DNA of 64,000 nucleotides from a virus (lineage: Duplodnaviria; Heunggongvirae; Uroviricota; Caudoviricetes): positions 35,982 to 99,981 of the IMG/VR virus record IMGVR_UViG_3300044678_001935; one strand, given 5' to 3'. Below, one piece after another: positions 57,028 through 64,000 of the stretch. The position numbers and the translations under genes are program-made. The notes beneath the pieces were generated by a model. It was not told the origin of the DNA and did no database searches. It saw nothing but the letters and a program-made list of their open reading frames with translations. Within the stretch, counting starts at the first letter, position 1. Each line of letters opens with the position of its first letter.

Positions 57028-59343
57028 ATGGACAACATTATTCTTTCTGCTGATTCTTACAAATACTCTCAGTTCAATCAATATCCTCCACAAACAGAGG
57101 GTGTTTATTCTTACATTGAGAGTCGCGGTGGTGGAGAAGAAGTTCTCTTTATGGGTCTTCAGATCTATCTTAAGGAATATCTATCTCGTCCCATTCGCAT
57201 GGAAGATATTGACGAAGCAGAGGAACTTATTCTCGCTCACGGAGAACCTTTTTATCGTGGCGGGTGGGAATACATCGTTAAGAAGCATGGTGGTTATCTA
57301 CCCGTAAGAGTAAAAGCCGTTCCAGAAGGAATGGTGATTCCAACGAAAAATGTTTTGGTTACGATTGAGAATACAGATCCAAACTGCTATTGGCTGACAA
57401 GTTTTCTAGAGACAAGTCTTCTTCGGCATGTTTGGTTTCCAACAACGGTTGCGACGAATTCTTATAACATCAAGAAGCTTATTTTGAGTTACTTGATTCG
57501 TAATGGAGATCCCAATACGATTGATTATAAGCTACATGACTTTGCATTTCGAGGTGTGTCTTCTTCTGAATCTGCCGGAATCGGTGGTATTGCACACCTT
57601 GTTAATTTCAAGGGAACTGATACAGTTGCCGCTCTTCGTTATGGTAGAAAATATTATAACGAAAAAATGGCAGGCTACTCGGTCCCAGCTTCAGAACATG
57701 GTGGAATCACGAGTTGGGGTAAAGAAAACGAAGTAGCGGCATATAGAAATATGCTTAATCATTATGCTAAGCCTGGTGCTATCGTCGCTTGTGTAAGTGA
57801 CAGTTATGACATTTATAACGCTTGCGATAAGCTCTGGGGTGAGGAGTTAAAGGATGAAGTTATTGCTTCTGGTGCTACTCTGACGGTCAGGCCGGATTGT
57901 TATGATGATCAAACTAAGATTTTAACTCCTAGTGGGTGGAAATTATTTTGTGAATTATCGGAAAACGATCTGGTTGCCCAGGTTAATCCCGATAAAACTT
58001 ATGAATTTGTCAAACCTCTTGAAATTATTAATGAATATTATGAAGGAGAAATGTATCAAATTCGGGATTTTCACGGAAAAATTGATCTCTTAGTCACTCC
58101 TAATCATAGATTAGTGGTTGTAGATAGAGCTGGTGAACTTATAGTAAAAGAAGCCAAAGATTATAACCCAAAAAATTTGAATTACCGAAAACTTCGTTCG
58201 GCTAAGGCCAAAACTTTTGGGAAAAATTTAACCTGGCACGAAAGACTATTAATCGCATTACAGGCTGATGGTACTATTAGAAAAACGACCTCCAATAAGA
58301 CGAGTATTGAATTCAATTTTCAAAAAGAGCGAAAGCATAATAGATTATTAAATATTCTTAATAATTTAAATTATGAGTATAGTGTCTTTTATAGTGAGTC
58401 TAGGGAGGGCCAATCAATTATAACCGTGTCAATACCATTGGGTGAAATTGTTTCTAAAACATTTGATTGGGTTGATATTTCAAACTTGGATAGTCAATGG
58501 TGTGAGCAATTTATAGATGAATTAAAACATTGGGATTCTTCTATTAGAAATAGTGGAAGATTTAAATATGATACTACAGTTAAATTTAACATAGACGTAG
58601 TAGAATATATTGCCATTTCTTCAGGGAAAGGGATTTTAATTTCCGTCGCCGAAGATAATAGACAATCTTATTATTCTGATGTTTATACTGCACATATATT
58701 GGATAATCCTTATTCTGGTGGTCAGACCATAACCAAAACAAAAGTTAATTATAAAGGAAGTGTACATTGTGTTAAAGTTCCGAGTGGTATGGTTTTAGTT
58801 AAAAGACACCGGGGAGTTTCTGTTTCTGGAAATTCTGGAGAACCTGTAGAAGTGAATCTTAAGTGTGCTCAAATTCTTGAAAGTCATTATGGATCTACCG
58901 TAAACTCTAAAGGATTTAAGGTACTCAATAACGTCAAGCTCATTCAGGGTGATGGTGTTAATTATGAAACTGTAGATCGGGTTCTTCATGTACTTGAATC
59001 TAACGGATATAGTAGTGATAACATTGGTTTCGGAATGGGTGGCGCCCTGCTCCAGGCTGTTACTCGTGATGATTACAAATTTGCCATGAAGTGTAGTGCG
59101 GTTAATGTGGCTGGAAATTGGAGGGATGTTTACAAGGATCCTATTACAGATCCAGGTAAAACATCTAAGAAAGGTCGTCTGAATCTGATTCATACCGATA
59201 ATGGTTACGAAACGGTTCCTGAACGCCCATGGAATAAAGATGTTCTTGAGGTTGTTTATGAGAATGGAGAACTTCTAAAGGATTATACTTTGGAAGAAAT
59301 CCGAGTGAACGCAAATCGGTGTATTCATAATTACTTCGCATAA
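57028..59343 (+). CDS. nadV: nicotinamide phosphoribosyltransferase NadV, interrupted by an intein
   Basis: N-terminus MDNIILSADSYKYSQFNQYPP is NAMPT-like and has a TAAGGAG RBS. The extein aligns with NAMPT on both sides of a 312-aa insertion between RPD and SGEP (human RPDSGNP), and NSKGFKVL..LIQGDGV matches NSKGYKLL..VIQGDGV. Confidence 0.8.
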   Translation: MDNIILSADSYKYSQFNQYPPQTEGVYSYIESRGGGEEVLFMGLQIYLKEYLSRPIRMEDIDEAEELILAHGEPFYRGGWEYIVKKHGGYLPVRVKAVPEGMVIPTKNVLVTIENTDPNCYWLTSFLETSLLRHVWFPTTVATNSYNIKKLILSYLIRNGDPNTIDYKLHDFAFRGVSSSESAGIGGIAHLVNFKGTDTVAALRYGRKYYNEKMAGYSVPASEHGGITSWGKENEVAAYRNMLNHYAKPGAIVACVSDSYDIYNACDKLWGEELKDEVIASGATLTVRPDCYDDQTKILTPSGWKLFCELSENDLVAQVNPDKTYEFVKPLEIINEYYEGEMYQIRDFHGKIDLLVTPNHRLVVVDRAGELIVKEAKDYNPKNLNYRKLRSAKAKTFGKNLTWHERLLIALQADGTIRKTTSNKTSIEFNFQKERKHNRLLNILNNLNYEYSVFYSESREGQSIITVSIPLGEIVSKTFDWVDISNLDSQWCEQFIDELKHWDSSIRNSGRFKYDTTVKFNIDVVEYIAISSGKGILISVAEDNRQSYYSDVYTAHILDNPYSGGQTITKTKVNYKGSVHCVKVPSGMVLVKRHRGVSVSGNSGEPVEVNLKCAQILESHYGSTVNSKGFKVLNNVKLIQGDGVNYETVDRVLHVLESNGYSSDNIGFGMGGALLQAVTRDDYKFAMKCSAVNVAGNWRDVYKDPITDPGKTSKKGRLNLIHTDNGYETVPERPWNKDVLEVVYENGELLKDYTLEEIRVNANRCIHNYFA
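57898..58833 (+). mobile_element. intein (312 aa) with a LAGLIDADG-like motif, in-frame within nadV
   Basis: Begins with Cys (CYDDQTKILTPSGW) and has block B LVTPNHRL. The LAGLIDADG-like motif is LLIALQADGTIRK. It ends ..VSVSGN followed by an extein Ser, and it sits in the conserved PRPP-binding RPDSG site. Confidence 0.65.
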
Positions 59344-59348
59344 GGAGT

Positions 59349-59379
59349 GTGCCAGCCTAAAAACTGGCACTTTCTTTTT
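59349..59379 (+). terminator. rho-independent terminator GTGCCAG-CCTAAAAA-CTGGCAC followed by TTTCTTTTT
   Basis: Perfect 7-bp stem, 8-nt loop and a T-rich tail immediately after the nadV stop. Confidence 0.6.
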
Positions 59380-59428
59380 ACGGTCGTCACATAAGGCATC
59401 TATAGTTGTTTGGTCAGACTCTCTTTTT

Positions 59429-59905
59429 ATGAAACGTCCTCAGGTAAAAACCTCTACGTTTAAGGAAATTCGTCCAATCACAAAATTGGATGATATTCCA
59501 CGTATAAAGCAATTTAATTTTTTTCATAAAAAAGGAGTAAAATGTGTTAAATGTGGTTGTGAGGGAAAGTTTATTGTTAAAGATAACCTTAATAGACGCA
59601 AAATTTGTACAGAAAATTACATTAGTTTGAGTAGGGATCATATTATTCCAATCTCTAAAGGTGGGTCCAACGTAATAAAAAATATGCAGACGATGTGTGA
59701 ATATTGTAATGGTTTAAAGGGTACCATGAATAATGAGATTTTTATGTCTATACCAAATTTCTTTTTAGACGATGCTTTTAAATGTGACCGGAGCAAAAGT
59801 TTTAAAGTGTTTATTCTTCTATTAAGAGTTATGGCAAAATTTTATAGGACTAAAACCAGGATTTACTCAAGAATGAAAAATCTGCACTCACAAACTCTAA
59901 CCTAA
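59429..59905 (+). CDS. HNH endonuclease (free-standing)
   Basis: CVKCGCEG..C..RDHIIPISKGGSNVIKNMQTMCEYCNGLKG carries the HNH core with its flanking Cys pairs. Confidence 0.7.
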   Translation: MKRPQVKTSTFKEIRPITKLDDIPRIKQFNFFHKKGVKCVKCGCEGKFIVKDNLNRRKICTENYISLSRDHIIPISKGGSNVIKNMQTMCEYCNGLKGTMNNEIFMSIPNFFLDDAFKCDRSKSFKVFILLLRVMAKFYRTKTRIYSRMKNLHSQTLT

Positions 59906-59926
59906 AAGTAACAATTCTTAACCGTT

Positions 59927-60205
59927 ATGATCAAACTGAATGAAATCACCGTCAAGGTTACGTTTAACATTAACAAATATATTGATTATTGTTGGGACCA
60001 AAGAATCATACCATCGCAAGATAATTATAGAGAGTGGGTTATTCAGCAAATGTCTGATTGTAGTGAAGACGAACTCAAAGTTACCTACTCTAAAAAGCAG
60101 CAAATCTTTAATAACAATAAGGTGGAATTTGTTTGTTTGAATGACAAATTGGCTAAAAGGCTAAAGCGGGGCCACCAATTATTCAAGAAAAAAATGGAAA
60201 GATAA
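59927..60205 (+). CDS. hypothetical protein
   Basis: 92-aa ORF. Confidence 0.35.
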   Translation: MIKLNEITVKVTFNINKYIDYCWDQRIIPSQDNYREWVIQQMSDCSEDELKVTYSKKQQIFNNNKVEFVCLNDKLAKRLKRGHQLFKKKMER

Positions 60206-60360
60206 AACTCTATGGTGAATTTTTTGAGCCTATACTTAATTCCACTGACACACAAATAGGAGTGGTTGTTCAGAATAAAAAAAGCGAATCCTTGAGGCAT
60301 CATTGGGATTTAGATAAAATCTTTATTCTAAAAAGTTCTATTAAACCCTGAGCCATAACT

Positions 60361-61710
60361 ATGTCATTGTTTCTAACAGATACTCTAACAAAAGAAAAAA
60401 GGGAATTCGTTCCACTAGAAAATAACACTGTCAACATATACTCCTGTGGTGTGACCGTTTATGATCTAACACACTTTGGTCATGCTCGCAGTTTTATAGT
60501 TTGGGATGTTCTTCGTAGACACCTAAAATGGCTTGGATATGCTGTTAAATTTGTTCAGAACTATACCGATATTGATGATAAAATTATTGCAAAAGCCAAT
60601 GAACAGAATCAAACAATCAAAGAAATAACAGAAAAGTACATTAACGAGTATGAGAAAGATATGACCTTTCTTAATGTTATGTTGCCGGATAAGATGCCTA
60701 GAGCCACAGATCATTTATCCGAAATTCGCAGTATGATTAAAACTCTAGAATCTAAAGGTGCTGCATATACTTTAGATGGTAGTGTTTATTTTTCTGTTAA
60801 TACTCATGAGAATTATGGTAGATTATCTGGAAGAATTTTAGACAATCAAAAAGATAACTCAGGTGAATTTCTTAAAAAGAATTCTTTTGATTTCGCATTA
60901 TGGAAAGCTTCTAAACCAGGTGAACCGAGTTATTCTTCTTATTGGGGAAATGGTAGACCGGGATGGCATATAGAATGTTCGGCGATGATCTGGAAGGAAT
61001 TTGGAAAGACTATTGATATCCATCTTGGGGGTTCTGATCTGATTTTTCCACATCATGAGAATGAAATAGCCCAAACTGAAGTTGCAACAGAAAATCAATT
61101 ATCTCGTTGGTGGTTACATTCTGGAATGGTAATGGTTGATGGTAAAAAAATGAGCAAGTCTCTAGGAAACTTTACAACCATTCGGTCCTTACAAGAATCA
61201 GGATTTAGTCCAATGGCCATAAGGCTTTTCGTATTACAGGGGCATTATCGCAAACCTCTTGATTTTACGGAAAATGCTTTAAAAATGGCAACGAATTCCT
61301 GGAATAAATTAAATGAAGTTTTGTTGTTAAAATCTTCAAAAGAAACTACCGAAATTGATTTTGATGATAAGCTAAGATCTTATCACAATAATTTTATAGA
61401 TGCTCTTAACGACGATCTCAATACTTCTCTTGCAATCTCAGTTCTTTTTGTTTTGGTTAAAGAAATAAGAGTGAATAACTCAGACTCTTATATTTTACTT
61501 TTGTGCGAATTATCAGCAATTCTTGGTCTTTTTGGAGAGCAAAAGTCCAATATAAGCGAATCAGAAATTTTAGAACAAATTGAATTAAGAAATTCAGCAA
61601 GAAAAGAAAAGAATTTTACTCTTGCGGATGAGATCAGAGAAAAATTATTAACTTCTGGTGTTAAACTTGAAGATACAAAAGACGGAACTAGTTTTAATTT
61701 TATTGTGTGA
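60361..61710 (+). CDS. cysS: cysteinyl-tRNA synthetase (class I)
   Basis: HIGH-type motif THFGHARS, zinc ligands CGVTVYD and WHIECSAM, the KMSKS motif GKKMSKSLGNF, and overall collinearity with bacterial CysRS (NYTDIDDKII, PRATDHL, FPHHENEIAQ). Confidence 0.85.
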   Translation: MSLFLTDTLTKEKREFVPLENNTVNIYSCGVTVYDLTHFGHARSFIVWDVLRRHLKWLGYAVKFVQNYTDIDDKIIAKANEQNQTIKEITEKYINEYEKDMTFLNVMLPDKMPRATDHLSEIRSMIKTLESKGAAYTLDGSVYFSVNTHENYGRLSGRILDNQKDNSGEFLKKNSFDFALWKASKPGEPSYSSYWGNGRPGWHIECSAMIWKEFGKTIDIHLGGSDLIFPHHENEIAQTEVATENQLSRWWLHSGMVMVDGKKMSKSLGNFTTIRSLQESGFSPMAIRLFVLQGHYRKPLDFTENALKMATNSWNKLNEVLLLKSSKETTEIDFDDKLRSYHNNFIDALNDDLNTSLAISVLFVLVKEIRVNNSDSYILLLCELSAILGLFGEQKSNISESEILEQIELRNSARKEKNFTLADEIREKLLTSGVKLEDTKDGTSFNFIV

Positions 61711-61785
61711 CAATAATCAAACTGGCACACAAAACATCTAAAGGCTTCTGAATTGTGTTAAGATTGAAACTTAAAGGAAAGAATT

Positions 61786-62661
61786 ATGATCATTAAAGCA
61801 CCACTTCTCGCAGGAAACTTTGACCCAGCAAAGGCAAGATACCCTTATATTGCCACACAAAAGATTGATGGAATTCGTTTCCTAATGGTTTCCGGTGTAG
61901 CTGTATCTCGCACATTCAAACCAATTCGTAATAAACACATTCAATCTCTTTTGTCTCAATACTTACCAGACGGTATTGACGGTGAATTAACTTCTGGTAA
62001 TAATTTTCAAGACTCTACGTCTGCTATTATGAGAATTGAAGGAGAGCCTGAATTTAAGGTTTGGGTCTTTGATTATGTTAATCCGAAGTCTCCTGATATT
62101 CTGCCATATTATTTGAGAATGCTACAACTTGGAGATATTAATATTTCTCAAGAACTTAATTATGAAAAATTGTTAGGTACTAATATTAAAACCGAAGACG
62201 ATCTTGTTGCTATTGATAAGATTTATCTTGAATCTGGATATGAAGGCACAATGCTTCGTGATCCAAATGGTACTTATAAATTTGGAAGATCTACCGTAAA
62301 CGAAAACATTCTTCTTAAGGTAAAACACTTTATTGATGACGAAGGATTACTTGTTAATGTTCATGAGAAAATGAGCAATCAGAACGAATTAGGTGTTGAT
62401 GAACTCGGACACGCTAAAAGATCTTCTGCTCTAGATGGAATGGTTCCAATGGACACTGCTGGTAGCTTGGTTGTCAATGGATCTTATGGTGAAGTTAAAA
62501 TTGGTAGTGGTTTAGATGATAAATTGAGAGAATATATCTGGGCCAATAAAGAAAAACTGATTGGTAAGACCTACGTGAAATATAAGTTCTTTCCTCATGG
62601 TGTTAAGAATCTTCCGCGCCATCCAGTTTTCATTGGATTTCGTGACCCTGATGATATGTGA
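61786..62661 (+). CDS. ATP-dependent DNA ligase (minimal T7/Chlorella-virus type)
   Basis: Motif I KIDGIR, motif III IDGEL, motif IV YEGTMLRDPNGTYKFGRS and motif V ILLKVKHF in the canonical order. Confidence 0.75.
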   Translation: MIIKAPLLAGNFDPAKARYPYIATQKIDGIRFLMVSGVAVSRTFKPIRNKHIQSLLSQYLPDGIDGELTSGNNFQDSTSAIMRIEGEPEFKVWVFDYVNPKSPDILPYYLRMLQLGDINISQELNYEKLLGTNIKTEDDLVAIDKIYLESGYEGTMLRDPNGTYKFGRSTVNENILLKVKHFIDDEGLLVNVHEKMSNQNELGVDELGHAKRSSALDGMVPMDTAGSLVVNGSYGEVKIGSGLDDKLREYIWANKEKLIGKTYVKYKFFPHGVKNLPRHPVFIGFRDPDDM

Positions 62662-62738
62662 CAATAATCAAACTGTCCTACCTGATCCCAAAAGACATTT
62701 TCAACCCACTACACTGTTAAAAACAAAGGAGATTTACT

Positions 62739-63155
62739 ATGCTTATTGATGATTCGTTTATTTACATTCTTAAAAGCGATGCGAGGAAAATAGTCGCTCA
62801 AATTATTACAGTTCCTGAAGTTTTAGCTCGTTTAGCTAAGGATAATAATTCTAATGTTCGTTGTCATGTTGCATGGAATCGCAACACACCACCAGAAGCA
62901 TTAGAACGTCTGGTTAATGATGATGATGATTGGGTTCGTTATTATGTTGCACAAAATCCCAACACATCAACAGAAACCTTAGAACGTTTGGCTAATGATA
63001 GGAGTTCTTCTGTTCGTGCGAATGCTACATGTAATCCCAATTATAAAAAACCTAACACCATTCATTTCACAAATGAGCAAATGGTAGCACTAAAATCTTT
63101 GATTGAAAGTGCTAGTAACCCACATCTTCAGGAATTTCTTAAAAATGCTGATTGA
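62739..63155 (+). CDS. LRV/HEAT-like repeat protein
   Basis: 138 aa. Repeats PEVLARLAKDNNSNVRCHVAWNRNTPPEALERLVNDDDDWVRYYVAQNPNT. Unique C-terminus. Confidence 0.5.
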   Translation: MLIDDSFIYILKSDARKIVAQIITVPEVLARLAKDNNSNVRCHVAWNRNTPPEALERLVNDDDDWVRYYVAQNPNTSTETLERLANDRSSSVRANATCNPNYKKPNTIHFTNEQMVALKSLIESASNPHLQEFLKNAD

Positions 63156-63589
63156 CCTTTCAGATGGAATTTTTAACCATAGATATGTATCGTTATGAGG
63201 TTGCAAATAATCCAAACACATCACCAGAAACTTTAGAACGTCTTGCTAATGATAAAGATTGGCGTGTTCGTTATTATGTTGCAAGAAATCCCAACACACC
63301 ACCAGAAACCTTAAAGTGTCTGGCTAATGATGTGTATTCTGATATACGTTGTGGGGTTGCACTGAATCCCAATACACCAACAGAAACAGTAGATCGTCTG
63401 GCTAATGATGAGTATCTGCATGTTCGTAGATATGTTGCACAAAATCCCAACACACCACCAGAAGCTTTAGATCGTCTGGCTAATGATGTGGATTGGGGGG
63501 TTCGTGGATGGGTTGCAAATAATCCTAACACACCACAATACATTAGAACCTATCTTAAACTCAAGGAGTTTCTGAATTATTATGAGTAA
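63152..63589 (+). CDS. LRV/HEAT-like repeat protein
   Basis: 145 aa with five repeats. C-terminus NPNTPQYIRTYLKLKEFLNYYE. The true start is uncertain (several in-frame Met). Confidence 0.5.
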   Translation: MTFQMEFLTIDMYRYEVANNPNTSPETLERLANDKDWRVRYYVARNPNTPPETLKCLANDVYSDIRCGVALNPNTPTETVDRLANDEYLHVRRYVAQNPNTPPEALDRLANDVDWGVRGWVANNPNTPQYIRTYLKLKEFLNYYE

Positions 63590-63842
63590 TTATGATCTTG
63601 ATCTAGATCTTGCATGGAATCCCAACACACCCCCAGAAACATTGGATCTTCTGGCTAATGATGTGGATTGGATTGTTCGTTGGTATGTTGCAGAAAATCC
63701 CAACACACAATCAGAAACCTTAGAACGTCTGGCTAATGATAGCGATTATTGTGTTCGTTGGTGTGTTGCAACAAATCCCAACACACCACAATATATTCTA
63801 ACATATCTTAAAATCAAAAAGTTTTTGAATTGTTATGAGTAA
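63582..63842 (+). CDS. LRV/HEAT-like repeat protein
   Basis: MSNYDLDLDLAWNPNTPPETLDLLANDVDWIVRWYVAENPNT.. at the conserved junction. Confidence 0.55.
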   Translation: MSNYDLDLDLAWNPNTPPETLDLLANDVDWIVRWYVAENPNTQSETLERLANDSDYCVRWCVATNPNTPQYILTYLKIKKFLNCYE

Positions 63843-64000
63843 TTTTGATCTTGCAAAAAATCCCAACACACCACCAGAAGTCTTAGACCGTCTGGCTGAT
63901 GATGAGGATTTAAATTTTCGTTATTATGTTGCATGGAATTCCAACACGAAAACAGAAACCTTAGAACGTTTGGCTAATGATGGGGATACTAAGGTTCGTG
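63839..64000 (+). CDS. LRV/HEAT-like repeat protein (3' truncated by the window end)
   Basis: MSNFDLAKNPNTPPEVLDRLADDEDLNFRYYVAWNSNTKTETLERLANDGD.. continues beyond position 64000. Confidence 0.45.

Overview
This window is an AT-rich segment (about 35% GC) of a large T4-like myophage genome. Almost all genes are on the + strand. T4-type hallmarks are clear: a PhoH ATPase, a beta-class DNA methyltransferase and the gp32 ssDNA-binding protein with its Zn site. A minus-strand block whose gene sizes match T4 gp4, gp53, gp48 and gp54 follows, then a long late structural operon from about 9.2 to 30.9 kb. That operon holds two paralogous 900-aa virion proteins with tail-lysozyme-like domains, a gp5-like hub/spike with the OB domain, a 1555-aa structural protein, a glycine-repeat fibre, and a tail fibre with a C-terminal tail-collar domain. 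Exact or near matches to the T4 late promoter TATAAATA sit upstream of several of these genes.

The rest is an accessory region. Its most striking feature is a multigene family of at least 18 short genes built from 26-aa LRV/HEAT-like repeats (NPNTPPETLERLANDxDxxVRxxVA). These sit in tandem arrays joined by a stereotyped 8-nt overlapping stop/start junction (TTATTATGAGTAATTATGA). A SLOG/DUF2493 protein, an SF2 helicase and a calcineurin-like phosphoesterase are embedded in or flank the first arrays; a CDA-fold deaminase sits between later arrays.

Also present are:
- A Thg1-like 3'-5' polymerase, an SPFH/band-7 protein with a small membrane partner, and a vWA protein.
- Two aminoacyl-tRNA synthetases, LysRS and CysRS, plus an ATP-dependent DNA ligase.
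- An NAD salvage and ADP-ribose module: NadM-Nudix, a NADAR protein, and NadV interrupted by a 312-aa intein with a LAGLIDADG-like motif.
- A free-standing HNH endonuclease.
- A tRNA cluster with an initiator-like tRNA-Met and two tRNA-like genes carrying roughly 40-50-nt hairpin inserts related to a repeat element that also recurs between the tRNAs; a separate tRNA-Pro lies downstream.
- Two abrupt GC-rich islands inside the AT-rich LysRS gene and a macro-like gene, suggesting recombinational patching from a high-GC source.

Recurrent intergenic motifs (AAACTGGCAC and a duplicated 51-bp cassette) and sigma70-type promoters with extended -10 elements are also noted.
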